A stretch of DNA of 64,000 nt from Rebecca billardiae RCC1528 (lineage: Eukaryota; Protista; Haptophyta): assembly GCA_965240325.2 (NCBI GenBank), contig OZ251240.1, forward strand, positions 1,178,001-1,242,000. Reading direction: 5' to 3'. Position numbers and translations under genes: made by a program. Below, in pieces: positions 19,901 through 32,560 of this stretch (its first letter is position 1; each line of letters opens with the position of its first letter). The notes under the pieces were generated by a model, which was not told the origin of the DNA, made no database searches, and was given only the letters and a program-made list of their open reading frames with translations.

Positions 19901-22900
19901 GGAGCTCGCGCACGAGCGAGCCAATGGTGATCACCACGCCGATCAGCAGGATCTGCCTGAGGACCTCCAGGCACTCCCACCACACGAGCGAGGCGCGGTA
20001 CCCGTCGGCGAGGATGCGCACGCGCGGCTCGCCGTCGCGCAGCGCGGTGTACAGCGCGACGGGCACGCAGAGCGTGTACGTCAGCGCCGCGCCCACCGCC
20101 CACCACAGGTGGCGCGCGTGCGCCGCACCATCGTAGTCCACCGCCAGGTCCGTGCGCAGCACGCGCACAGGCGGCACCGACTCGGTGTCTAGTGAGTCGT
20201 AGGCCCAGTAGGAGTACACGGTCGCCGTGACGGTGGGCAGGAGCAGGTACGCGCCCAGCAGCACGGGCGCAAGCAGCTCCCGCGCCGACAGCGCGCAGCG
20301 CCACGCAAGCAGCGCGCGCCCGAGCGGCACGGCCAGCGCGCACGCCGGGGCGAGTGGCAGCGCCACCAACACGTGGTGGTACGTGGCGCCCGCGCACGCG
20401 AGGCCGTACTGGTGGAAGCGGTCGAACGAGAGGAAGCGGAAGCGCGAGAGCAGCGCGGAGAAGTTGGACGGGAGTGAGACCCCGTAGGTGCGCTCGATCA
20501 GCAGAACAAGCTGTATGTAAGCCAGCGCCGAGCGCGCGCACACCTTGAGGGAAGTGCGCGCACGCGCCGACAGCAGCGGTGCCAGCCACGGCGACGGGCG
20601 CATCGGCGGTGGGGGCGCGCGAGCGCCGGCCTCGGCGGCCGCGGGGTCCGCGGCGGCGCGATCCATTCCAGTGGATGGATGTGCGAGGCGGCGCGCGATG
20701 AGCCGCGCGCACGCGACACACGAGACGAAGCAGCCCACGACACCGAGCGCGATGAGCACGGGCGCCGTGCTCGCTGCGCGCAGCGTGCAACCCTGGCAAC
20801 TGCCCGCCGCATCTTCGTAAGTGCCCGCGGCGCACAGCGCGCAGTACGGCCCCTCGCGGCCGGGCGCGCAGTAGCCGCGCGACGCGTCCGCGCCGCCGGC
20901 GCACGAGGCGCGCGACGCGCACAGCCGGATGTCCGCTGTGCGCGCCGAATGCCGCCAGTACCCCGGCGCGAGCTGCAGTGCGTGCAGATGCGTGCCCGCG
21001 CCACACGCGACGGAGGCGTTGCAGATGTGGCAGCCGCGCTCGCCCGAGCCGTGCGTGCGCTCGTACGTGCCGCTCGGGCAGATGCACTCGGCCTCGGACG
21101 CGGCGCCGGACGAGAGCGTCTCCATACGCGCGTCGAGCGTGCGCACCGCCGCGCACGCCACGCACTGCGTCTCGGAGTGCCCAGCGGGCCGGAACGTATT
21201 GGGTGCGCACGGCACGCACGCTGCGTCGTCCGCGGCTGCTCGGAAGAAGCCGGCAGCGCATGGCGCGCGGTAAGTGAGCGCGCCGCCGTCGGCAGGGCTG
21301 CTTGCGCCACGCGTGCGGATCTCAACACCGAGCGCCTCGCCGTCGCGCGTGCCTGCCGGCCTCGCGGGCGTGGTGCACAGCAGCAGCGTCGACGAGATGC
21401 GCGCCACATCGGCGCACGGCGCGCCGCCGACGAACACGGCAATGTCTGCGCACGGCGCGGCGCACGGCAGCGCGCCGAAGTGCGTGCCCTGCACGATGAG
21501 CTGCTCGCCACCCTCGACTGCCCAGTTGTCTTTGCGCGGCAGGACGTTGCCGACCGAGGCGTGCGGCGGGCTCGGCGGCGGCGGGCTCGGCGGTGGGCTC
21601 GGCGGTGGGCTCGGCGGTGGGCTTGGCGGCGTACTTGGCGGCGGCATGCTCGGCGGCGGTCGCGGCAGTCGCGGAGGCGGGCTGGGCGGCAGGGGCGGCG
21701 ATGGTGGCGATGGCGGCGGGCTGGGGGGCGGCGTCGGCGAGCCAACGACTACATCAAACGAGTCCCGCACGATGGTATCAGCGCCGCCACCGCCGTGGAT
21801 GTAGTCGACGTCGCCGTCGGCAGTGTTGATATAGTCGTCACCAGCGCCACCAAACACTCGATCGTAGGCGTTGGCCGCGCCGTAGATGCGGTCGTTGCCC
21901 TCGCCGCCGTAGAGCCAGTTGTGCGTGATGCCGTGGCTCTGGTAGTCTAAATAGCTAGGGTTGCCGCCGGGATCCACGCGACCACCGCCGAACAGCACGT
22001 CGTCGCCCTCGCCACCGAACAGCACATTGCTCGCATCGCCGCCTTCGCCAAAATCATCATTCACGCCCGGCAGGTCACGTTGGAGGTCGAGCCCCGCGTC
22101 GCCGCCGACGAGCACGTCGTCTCCCGCGCCGCCATACAGCCGGTTGAACACGTAGCCGCCATACGCATACAAGTACCCGTTCGCTGCGTCCCCCCCATAC
22201 AGCGTGTCCGCGCCCTCGCCACCGCTCAGCCGGTTCACCGCGTTGCCGCCCTCGCCATTATATACGCCCACCCCTGCGTTGCCGCCGTGGAGCTCGTCGT
22301 CGCCCTCGTCCCCTGAGAGGACGTTCTCAACGGAACCAGCGTAGTTGCCGCTGACAGCATAGCCACCATTGCCGCCGCGCAGCGTGTCGTTGCCCGCACC
22401 TCCTGAGGCCACGTTGAGCGCCGAGCCGCCGTAATCGTCGTGCGCGTTCGCGCCGCTGCCGCCCTGGATGATGTCGTCGCCTGTGCTGCCATTCATCAGG
22501 TTGGTCACTGCAGCGCCACCCACGCCGGCGTCGCCGCCGAGAATGAAGTCGTCGTCCACGCCGCCGTCGATGTAATTCAGCGCGTCGCCCGGCCTGGTTT
22601 CCATCAGTTCCGGCGGATCGTGCGTGTCCGCGCCAGCCCCGCCGCCGTACAGCCGGTCAGCACCCTCGCCGCCGTCGATCCAGTTGCGCGCGGTCCCCCC
22701 GTTGGCAAAGTACGCAGAGGCGTCGCCTCCGTCCCCGCCATTGATCGTGTCGGCGCCCGCCCCGCCATCGAGCACATTGCGAACGCTGCCAGCAGTGGCC
22801 TCCCCCACATCGGACGCCCCACCTGAGCCACCGCTGATTGTGTCCGCGCCGCCGCCGCCGCTCACCCAGTTGCGCACCTCAGCGAGCCCCTCCTCTCCCC

Positions 22901-25900
22901 ATACGTCGACGCCGAAGCCGTCCAGTACGCCCTCGGCAGCGCTGAGGGTCTCGCCGGTGTCGGTCCCGATGAGCCGAATGTGATGCCACGGCGGTGGTGA
23001 GCTCGGAGGTGACGGCGGGCTCGGCGGGCTCGGCGGCGGCGAGAAGTGCTCGCACATCGAGCCGCCGTCGTCGAAGGTCGCACTGGAGTCGTAGTTGCGC
23101 GCGCGCGAGTCGGTGCAGCCGGAAACCTCTTCGTAGGGCGGGACGGCGAGGTCGATGCCGACGGCGTGCGTGAGCTGCGCAAGCGGGATGCTCGCAAGCG
23201 TGCCGACCACGTCGACGACTCCTGCACCGGCCCCACTGCCTGGCTGGAACACCGCGACGGTCAGCAGAGCAGAGCCAGCTGCAGCGCGCGCCACGCGGAG
23301 TTGCGCAGCAGCGTCCAAGCCGCGCTCGGAGAGCAGGCTGGCGACGCCCGAGAGCAACTCGGCAATAGCCGCGTCAGTGAGCTCGGAGACGTCGCCGTCG
23401 ACAACGAACGTGATGTACGTGACGGCGCCGGGCGGCGAGGGAGGTGGAGGCAGTGGCTGCTGGGGTGAAGGAGGTGGCATGGTCAGGCGGACAGGCGGTG
23501 GCGGCGGCGGCAGCGGTGCGGTGCGCGGAGGTGGCGGCGGCGCGTGCGGCGGCGCCGGCGGCGGTGGCGATGGAGGCGGTGGACTTGGCGACGGAGGCGG
23601 GGGCTGAGGAGGCGGTGGGTACGGCAACGTGCGCGGCGGAGGTGGCGGTGGGCTCGGCGGTGGAAGCGGGGGCGGGCTCGGCGGCGGATGCGGCGGATGC
23701 GGGGGCGGCCCAGGTGGAGCTGGCGGGCTCTGGGGCGGGCTGATGATGAACGGTGGAGGTGGCGGCAGGGACGGTGGGGGGAATGCGCACGCGACAGAGA
23801 GCGTGAAATCGCCAGCGTCGAAGTGTTGACCCCACCCTTCGATCTGCACCACGTACAGCCGCCCTGCCTCCATCGGCATCGCGATCAGCGCCTGCTGGGA
23901 GCAGCCAGGTATGGCGCTGTCGTCGTCGTACGCCACCACCTGCCGCGAGTCGTCCGCGTTGGGGCAGCCGTCCCACACGTGCAGGTACGCATCGAACTGA
24001 GTGCCACACGTGTCGAGGACCACCTCGGCGTCTGTGTCCACCGCGAGCGTGTAAAAGTGCTCGGGAGTGGTGGGCACCAGGAATCGCGACTCGCCGGAGG
24101 TGTGGCCATGGACCACTGAGCCGCAGCCGAGGCGGCCGACCTCGCTCGAGTTGGCCAAGCTGACGCATGGAGGCGGCTGCGGCGACGGCGGCGGCTGCGG
24201 AGGAGCCGGCGGCGGCGCAGGCGGCGAGGGCGGCGTCGGTGGCGAGGGCGGCGGCCCGGGTGGGCTGGGCGGCGTCGGAGGCGCAGCCGGCAGTGCTGGC
24301 AGTGGCGGTGGTGGCGGCGGCGACGCTGGAGGGATGAACTCCACGAGCATGTCCAGATTGGAGTATGCGTTCGTGCCGACATTCGACTGTACCGTCCGGC
24401 CGCACACCGCCCCCGGGGAAAGAGGAAAGAGGGTCTGCATCGATGCAAACACACCCACCGCACCGCACGTAGAGGGCGACGGCTTCCACTGCACAGCGTC
24501 CCTGAGCGTCACGCCGAACGCAAGCTCATCGCCTCTGTACTTTCTGTCCGCGAGGACCTCGAACGCGTCCCAGTCGCCCCCCACGCCGTTCACTTGCACC
24601 TTGATGTAGATGCCGAGATATCGCGTCCAGAAAGAGCTGCTGGACACAGAGAATGTCCAGCGCACATCGTACACGCCATCAGCTGCGGTCGGCACGACGC
24701 TGACCTGCCACAGGCGGTCAGAGCTCGAATAATCCGAAGTTTGGGCCAATCCAGCACACCTGCTCGACAGCCGCCGCCATGAGGAGGACATGTACTCAGG
24801 CTGGTACGACGCGCCAAAGTGCAGCCTGGTGCAGAGCGGCGGTGACTCGTCGGCGGTGCCAGAGGCGATCGGCGCTGGTGGAGGGCTTGGCGGAGATGGT
24901 GGCTGGCCAGGCAAGGGCACGCGCAGGCCAATGACGTATGCAGCGCCGGCTGCGTCGTGATTGCCATCCACAGATGCTGTCCGCCCTGCGCCAATGATGA
25001 CATCGACTTGGTTGCCACCGCCAGAGAGGTCACCAAGGACGGCAATGCCAGAGCCAAAGGCACCACCAGCGCCCAACGGCGCCGTGAGGCCACCAGCGCC
25101 CTCGCCGATGCGCAGCGCAAAACTGAGGGAGCCGTCTGCGCGCAGCCTGAGCACGTGCACGACGCCCCGCGGACTCACGCTCCAGTCGTTGCTCTCGCCG
25201 ACCGCATAGGATTTCCACGAACCGACGAGAGCATCCGGGACTCCGTCACCATCCAGATCGCCCACGCCGGAGCAGCTTCGTCCAAACTCGTTGAAATTGA
25301 GCAGATCCGGCCTGGTTGCGAATGCGCCGTCGTCTTCTACCATTCGCGCCAATATGGTCTGCCCGCCGCGCACCGTGCCATCACTGCGGAGCAGCAGGGT
25401 ACGCACGGCGCCCTGGTCGATGGCAGCGTATCGAAAGGCCTCTGGTGCGTCGAGGTAGCCGCCGCCGTCGTCTCCGCTTGAGCCAACAATTGCATCGGGG
25501 ACGCCGTCGCCGTCAAGATCGCCCAGGCCTGACACACACGAGCCAAACTGGTCGCCCCATGCGAGCGAGACCAGCGGGTACCCACTGGTCTGCCGTGTGA
25601 GCTTGGCTTGAGACTTGACGGTGCCGTCGCGCGACAGCATGAGCACATACGCGGCGCCGCTGTCAGCTAAGCTGTCGCCGTCCGTCCCTGGCGCACCCAC
25701 GATCAGATCAGGCACGCCGTCAGCGTCCACGTCGCCGAGCACGCCCACGTCCGAGCCGAAGCGATCACCATGGGCCAGCCACGCGCCGGCCTGCTGCAGA
25801 CCGCCCGTGGCGCTCGAGATCTTGGCGAAGGTCCGCACGCGCCCGCCCGTTGTGAGGAACAGAACGTAGCACGCGCCGCGCCCAGCACCTCCATCATTAT

Positions 25901-26375
25901 CGCCTGGGGCGCACACGACAAGCTCCACAGTGCCGTCACCATCCACATCGCCAGGAGACGCAACGCCCGAGCCGAACCTGTCTCCGTCCTCCAGTGTGCC
26001 GACGAAGCCGCCAGCAGTGTCCGAGATTGCGCTTGCCGACTTTACTGTCGCGTTGGGGTGGAGGGTGATGATCAGCGCTGCACCGCGCTCGTGCCCGCCG
26101 TCGTCCATGCCAGGAGCTCCGACGAGCACATCAGGGACGCCATCACCGTCCACATCGCCAAGCGCTGCGACGCGATCGCCAAAGTGCGCGTCGCTATGGA
26201 TGGCGCGTTGCGCGGCGCCCAGTGCGCTGGCGGCTGGTATCGTGGCCGCCGCGACGACGATGCCGCTGCCGAACGTCGCGTCGAGCGGGGGAGGGGGTGG
26301 TGGAGGAGGCGGTGCAGGTGGAGGCGGCGAGCTTAGTAACGCGACGAGCAGCATGGCTCCCACGCCGGTGACCAT
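16998..26375 (-). CDS. Giant receptor-like protein: signal peptide, FG-GAP (integrin-alpha) propeller, Pro-rich linkers, PPC-like domain, RTX Ca-binding repeats, IPT/TIG, Cys-rich repeats, multi-TM region, TIR domain; introns 19316-19463, probably 17901-18070 and 17352-17540
   Basis: FG..VA.LGDVDGDGVPD..VGAP repeats; GGAGADT/GGEGDD nonapeptides; GGEQLIVQGTHFG..V.VGGAPC..LLCTTP; CAPGREGPYCALC; about 8 hydrophobic segments; YHVFVSH|VWRTGQDQAR..FLDVDDL..VFFVSSGFFSSFNCRREL. The 3' exons are inferred from GT/AG sites and frame. Confidence 0.8.
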
Positions 26376-26640
26376 TTCGCCACGTCAACTTGATCAGCAC
26401 GAAGTGCTGCGCTGCCGCTCCGTGGCACGGTGGCACGCCGCTGGCGCCCGCCGTGCGAGTTGCAGCCCTTGAGCAGTACCTCTTCGTCGAAATCAATAAG
26501 TCGTCGTGGCTGCAACAGTCATATTTGAATATGACTACAGGTACGGCTATGCATATGCGTAGTATTATTAAGATGTGAAATTATGACAGTTTATGACGAG
26601 ATTCTGTTTGACTATAGTGAGAGTCTGATGATGGTCCTTA

Positions 26641-27634
26641 AGCCCATTTCACGTAACCAACCTCCAATAGCTGGCGGGAGTCTGAACTACAAACAATTCT
26701 GTCCGAGCCGAGAGGAGTTTGGGGGGAGGGCCGGGGCGGTGAGCCGCGTTGCCAGCCGCTCGGTGGCGCCGCCGCCGAGGTCGTTTCCGCGTCACACATC
26801 GACGTGCGTCGGTGTGATGTGTCTTCATCGGGCGTGTGTGAGTACTTGCAGGGGCCCTGCATTCCTTTAAGGCTCGGCATCGCACTCCTCCGAGTGTGCA
26901 CGCTCGTCAACGCCGTGCCGTGCGACTGCCTGCGCGTGTGGGCTTACACGCCGGCAATGTAGGCGAGACGAGCGCGGCTGAGCGCCAAGAGATGGGCGCT
27001 TCCACGCGGGAGTAGTATGGTGCGAGGCCCCCGACCCCTTGCGCATCGGCTCGAAGCGCGCCTGAAGCACTGGGCACTCTCCTTCACAGTATTGTCTCCC
27101 CCATCCCAAGCTTAGCTAAAACACCGCAGAAGTCAGAACGACGTGTTTCTGCGATTTGGACGATGGTGTGGTCATCGCGTGGGCAGCGGACAGACTCGCT
27201 ACTTCAGCTCCAGGCGCGCTTCGAGCCGATGCGCGAGGGGTCGGGGGCCTCGCACCATACTACTCCCGCGTGGAAGCGCCCATCTCTTGGCGCTCAGCCG
27301 CGCTCGTCTCGCCTACATTGCCGGCGTGTAAGCCCACACGCGCAGGCAGTCGCACGGCACGGCGTTGACGAGCGTGCACACTCGGAGGAGTGCGATGCCG
27401 AGCCTTAAAGGAATGCAGGGCCCCTGCAAGTACTCACACACGCCCGATGAAGACACATCACACCGACGCACGTCGATGTGTGACGCGGAAACGACCTCGG
27501 CGGCGGCGCCACCGAGCGGCTGGCAACGCGGCTCACCGCCCCGGCCCTCCCCCCAAACTCCTCTCGGCTCGGACAGAATTGTTTGTAGTTCAGACTCCCG
27601 CCAGCTATTGGAGGTTGGTTACGTGAAATGGGCT
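26641..27634. mobile_element. Foldback/MITE-like element with 428-bp inverted arms
   Basis: 26641-27068 is a near-perfect reverse complement of 27207-27634; 138-bp spacer; TA on both flanks (26639-40, 27635-36). Confidence 0.88.
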
Positions 27635-28175
27635 TATGGCCGCCGGTCTGATAATTATGAAGGGGAACGATTTGCAATTCGAGTCTTAAATCATAGAATG
27701 AGTGGACCAACATCAACGCGCTCACACCACTGCCACTGCTGCAAGCTTCGACCAGTACCACTACAGACGAATCAGGAGAGCTGCGCCCTCGTACCTGTGT
27801 CTTTAAATCATAGAATTAGTCTGATGACTGTCTGAGACCACACGAGACGACGATGATGATTCGACGATGATAATATGGCGGGTTCGGTTCTGTTTTGGGG
27901 TGGGTATTTGATGCACTTTGGGTTGCTCACCACTTGGGCGCGCACTGGGGGTGGCCGCGCGCGCTGGTCAGGAGGCCATGTCCCACCAGGCGACGCTGGG
28001 CAACGGCGCTGCCCGTATCGGCAGCATCGCGAGTGATTCGGCGCGTCCTGATGAGGTGATCCGGCCGCCTGGACAGCAAGAGAAGGCTGCTCATTTCGCC
28101 ACGGCAATGCGCTGCCCAGCAGCCTGCGCCGCGCATGCGCACGCGCCTCCCGGGGGAGTTTTGGACTGGGGTCGT

Positions 28176-28208
28176 TTAACGACGTGGCATGCAACGGGCA
28201 GGCGTCAG
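28176..28208 (-). mobile_element. Short variant copy of the CRE-like LINE 3' terminus
   Basis: TTAACGACGTGGCATGCAACGGGCAGGCGTCAG has one mismatch to the family end. Confidence 0.5.
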
Positions 28209-29174
28209 GCCGACTGCAGCAGACACGTAGAACGTGTCCGCGCCTTCTGATCATGGGTCAGGCTGGGGGTCATAATTTTCAAGCGCGCCTGGCGCGAGCA
28301 TGATGCGGCCGCCGGCGACCGGCGGCCCCGCAGCGGGTGCCTCACCGAAACGGGCGTCCTCCGGCTTGTCCTCGACGGCGAGGGCGAGGGGTGCACAGCT
28401 TTTTGCGTCCGTCCAAGCCTCTCCGCCTCTCCGTGTAAGGGGCGGGTGGTCATTTTGGCAGCAGTTGAAGCCACCCCGAACCCGCTACCCGCGACCCCGC
28501 CCCCGGCGGCGGCCGCTGCATAGTGAATGCGTGCATCACGACGGACGGCAACTGATCAGCTCGCTTCATATATATATATATCGTCATCACCCGTATATAC
28601 TGATCTCGCCTGCCTGAGCTGTGTGCGTCTCTTATCCTTAGTAAACTGTAGTATCGCTGCCTATCGTCCGACCTGATATCGGGTCGGACGGTAATTTTGA
28701 GTTTTTGATTCATGAGTTGATGACGGGCCAGCGGTCGTGATCGGACACTCGCGCATGCATGTGCGCCGTGCGCGTCCGTGCGGTGTGGCTCAGATCGATC
28801 GGATCGGCTGCCCTCCGCCGACTTTGACAAGTCCGACCCCGGGCCGCCGCGTTACGGCGTTAATACTTATTCGCCCGCCATCGTCGTTACTCGGAGCAGA
28901 TGGCATCAATGCCGCTTCACTGTTAGTGTTAACGCCTAGCCCTACTCAGACGGCTACTGTGTACTACTGTAGCTGCTTGAATTCTTGACTCGGAAACAGT
29001 AGTGCACGGTATAGTGTACCACTCTAACCACTCCGCCCGCGGGTACGTCGGGCCTCGAGGGAGTCAAGGCTCCTACGAAGTCCTGAAAAGTAAAATTCGA
29101 CAGGTCGGGCACCGTGTTGTGCCCCCGCGGACCGCAGGCCAGCTGCCGCGCGATCAGACGATCCGAGTCATCAA

Positions 29175-30336
29175 TCAGATCGCGGCAGGGTCTTGGCGCT
29201 GCCGGCCGCCAATGCAGCCAAAGCAGCCGAGCCCCCTCGTGCTGGGGCGCGGCACCACCATCGGCACGTACGAGCCGCGCCGCTGCTGCGCGCTCACTGT
29301 CGACTTTGACGCCCACGGGCCCTGCTCGAGCAGAGGGTCGAACGTCGTGTCGTTGCCGCCGAGAAAGGCCGGAAGGTCGTTCGGATCGATGTGCTCGAAT
29401 AATTGCTCATGGTAGTCGCGCCCGAGGATGGTGATCTTCTTCGCCGTGCCCGGGTCGAGCAGGGACTTCACCACGCGCCACACCGCGGTGAACACCCCGG
29501 GCGCGTTGATGATGAAAAGTACCCCCATCGTCTCCGGGTAGTGGTCGCTCAGCACTTTGATCAGCCGGCTCAGCATCGCCTGCGTCTGCCCGTTCCACTT
29601 GCGGAGCGAGAAGCCGTCCATGTCCATGATGACGAAGGACTGGTTGATCACGCGGCCCGCGCGCTGGGTGCACGCCGGGTACTTGACGCGCAGCGTGTGC
29701 TCCTGCGGCGCACGGCAGGCGCGCATGGAGCGCGCGCGCGAGCGAATCAAAGCGCGTCCGGCGCGCGAAGGAATGGCCGTCGGAGCTCGGCGCGGCGCGG
29801 CGTGTCGGCCCGGCCCGGCGGGGCTGCGTGCTGCGCGCGCGCACCATCTCCCAGATCTTCGCCCGCTCCATCTCGTCCGGCGTCGTCACCTCCAGCAGCT
29901 GCTTCAGGTTGAGCCGCCCGACCAGGTCGATGTTGACCGGCCTGCCCACCCTATCGGTCTTATGGTACGTCTGCGGGTACGCCGCCTTGACCTCGCGCGG
30001 GCTGCGGTGGGTGAAGTCGGCGTAGACGTCGTCCACCTTGTACTCCCGCCGCCACGCCACGTCGTCCTTCACCATCGCCATCGTCTTGCCCAGGTCGAAG
30101 CCCCGCGCGCGCAGCCACCTGCACAGGTCGTGCTCGCTTTCCCACCCGTCGCCCGTGATGCCTTCGGCGCGCAGCCTCCGCTTGAACTCCTCGAGGGTGC
30201 GCCGCTCGTCTGACGTGAGCGTCTCCGGAAAACGCTTCCGATCCTCGATGTATACCCTTGTCGACGGTGGCGGCGGGGTCCTCGGCGGCGAGCCTGGCGT
30301 CGGCTTCGCCTGCTGCACGCCGAGGAAGCCCAGCAT
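29175..30336 (-). CDS. CRAL-TRIO / Sec14-like lipid-binding protein; intron 29703-29844
   Basis: DLCRWLRARGFDL..WRRE; YPQTYHKTDRVGRPV; VIMDMDGFS; DHYPETMG..FIINAP..W..VK..LDP.T.KKI; LPAFLGG. Confidence 0.92.
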
Positions 30337-30496
30337 GATGTCACTGGGTGCCACCCGCCGCTGCCGCCGAGAAAGCCAGAAAGGCGAGCTGCCTCCCCTG
30401 CTGACCACCGGACGGCGTATCCGGACCAGCCCAGCGGCGGCACGGCGCGAGCCTGAGTGCCCCCACGCCGCTCTCGAGGCAGGGCGCAGGCTGCCG

Positions 30497-32560
30497 ATGC
30501 GAGCTCTCGTCGCGCTCGCCGCTCGGCGAGCGGCGCCGCCGGCGCGGCGCGCGTGGGCGCTCGCCGCGGGCCCGCCGCCCCGCCGTCTCGCCACCCCCGC
30601 GCGCGCCGGCGCGTGGGGCTCGCTCCAGCCCAACGGCGGCGCCGACCTGAAGGCGCGTGCTCTGAACGATCTCATTCGCGAGGCGTCGACGCCCGCGGGC
30701 GCGCTCAAGTTTGTGGACGAGTACGGCGCGGCTCTCGGCGCGTCGAGCGTCGCGCTGATCTACCACCGCCTCGGCGATTTCGTCTATCGCGGCGGGCCCT
30801 CCGGCCGCGCCAAGCTCCTCGACGAGTGCGCGCCGGGCCTGGAATCCCTGCGCTCCGCGCTCGACCGCGCCGCGCCGGCGCTCGGCGCGCGCGACGTGGC
30901 GCACACGGCGCGCGCGCTCGCGCGGTTGCGCGGCGCAGGGTGGCTCGACGACCTGCGCGCCGTCTCGTCCCACGCGCTCCGCCGGCTGCCCGCCTTCGAC
31001 CCCGCCGAGCGCACGATCCTCCTATGGGCTCTTTCGCATGCGGCCGGCGCCGAACCGGAGCTCTACGGGGCGGTGGCGACGAGCGTGGCGCGGCGCGCGG
31101 CGGAGCTGAGCGCGGCGCAGCTCGCGTCGGTGGCGCGCTCGATGGCCCGCGCGCACGTCCCCTCCGACGCGCTGTGCGCCGCCGTCGCCGCCGAGGTCTG
31201 CGCGCGGCCGCACGCGCTACCCCCGTCGGCCGCGGCCACCGTGGCCTACTCGCTCGCGCGCGCGCGCGAGCAGGCGGCCGAGGCGGCGGAGGCGGCGCGG
31301 AAGGGCGAGCGCGCGTCGGCGGGCGCGGTCTCGGCGGCGTCCGCCCAGCCGGACGCGCCGCCCGACGCGCCGCCGCGCGCACACCTCGACGCCACCGTCG
31401 GCGCGGCGTTCCGTGCGCTCGCGGGGGCGTGCTCGGCCGACGCGCGTCGGTTTGACGGCCACGCGCTGTCCAACATGGTGTGGGCGTACGTGCACGCGGA
31501 GCACGCGCACACGGCGGAGGCGCAGCGGCTGCTGTGCGGGCTCGCGCGCGCCGCGCCGCCCCTCCTCCCCTCGTGCCCGCCGCTCGCGCTCGCCAGCCTC
31601 GCGCGCGACGTCTCGCGCGAAGCGGAGCGACTCGGCGCGCCCGCACATGACCTGCTCGACGCGATCGCCGCAGAGGCCGCGGGGAGAATCGACGAGTTCG
31701 AGTGCCCGCAGTCGCTGGCGAACCTCGGGTGGGCGTACGCCGTGCGCGGCGTGCACGACGAGGCCCTCGCCGCCGCGCTCGCCGCGCGGCTCAACGCGCT
31801 GTGCGCCGCCGCGGGCGGGCCGGGCGGTGCCGGCTTCAGTAACCGACACCAATGGCAGTTACACCAACTGGCGGTTTCGCTCGAGCTCGACTCCCCGGGG
31901 GGCCTCGAGGGGCTGCTCGACGGCGCGCTGCGCGCGGAGCTGGCGGAGCGGGCGGAGGCGGACGTGCTCCGGCCGGAGACGTTCCACCGCCCGCGCCTCG
32001 CCGACCTCAAGCGCCGGTGGGACGCCGCCGGGCGGCGCTCGGGCGAAGAGCCTCCGCAGCGCGCGTCGCACCTATCGCCGCAGCACCGCGGGCTCTCCAA
32101 GACGCTCTGGCGGCTCGGCGTGCCGCACGACAACTCGGTGTGCGTGCGCGGGTACCTCGCGGACGTCAAGCTGCGCCCGGCCGACCCCGCCGGCGCGCCG
32201 CTCCCGCCCGTCCTCCTCGACATCACCGCGCACAGCGCGTACGCGCCCGACGGCGCTTTGCGCGCGCACGTCCAGATGAAGCACCGCCATTGGCGCCAGC
32301 TCGGGCACGTGGTCGTGGCCGTGCCGTACTGGGAGTGGCGCGCGCAGGGGACGCTCGGCGAGCGCGTGGGGTACCTCAACCGCCGGCTCGCGCCGCACCT
32401 CGCGCTCGAGCTGGCCCACCGCGCCGAGACGCTGCAGCCGCCGCAGCCGCCACGACGCGGCGCGCCGCGCCCGCACCCGGCCGGCGCGCGGCCGCGGCGC
32501 GCTCCGCTCGCGCGAGAGCTCAAGACGGGCGGCGCGGGCGGCGGCGCGCGCGCGCACTGA
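30497..32560 (+). CDS. RAP-domain helical-repeat (OPR/FASTK-like) organellar RNA-binding protein
   Basis: Repeats LSNMVWAY, PQSLANLGWAYA; C-terminal RAP-like GYLADV...MKHRHWRQLGHVVVAVPYWEW; Arg/Ala-rich transit-peptide-like N-terminus. Confidence 0.8.
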   Translation: MRALVALAARRAAPPARRAWALAAGPPPRRLATPARAGAWGSLQPNGGADLKARALNDLIREASTPAGALKFVDEYGAALGASSVALIYHRLGDFVYRGGPSGRAKLLDECAPGLESLRSALDRAAPALGARDVAHTARALARLRGAGWLDDLRAVSSHALRRLPAFDPAERTILLWALSHAAGAEPELYGAVATSVARRAAELSAAQLASVARSMARAHVPSDALCAAVAAEVCARPHALPPSAAATVAYSLARAREQAAEAAEAARKGERASAGAVSAASAQPDAPPDAPPRAHLDATVGAAFRALAGACSADARRFDGHALSNMVWAYVHAEHAHTAEAQRLLCGLARAAPPLLPSCPPLALASLARDVSREAERLGAPAHDLLDAIAAEAAGRIDEFECPQSLANLGWAYAVRGVHDEALAAALAARLNALCAAAGGPGGAGFSNRHQWQLHQLAVSLELDSPGGLEGLLDGALRAELAERAEADVLRPETFHRPRLADLKRRWDAAGRRSGEEPPQRASHLSPQHRGLSKTLWRLGVPHDNSVCVRGYLADVKLRPADPAGAPLPPVLLDITAHSAYAPDGALRAHVQMKHRHWRQLGHVVVAVPYWEWRAQGTLGERVGYLNRRLAPHLALELAHRAETLQPPQPPRRGAPRPHPAGARPRRAPLARELKTGGAGGGARAH

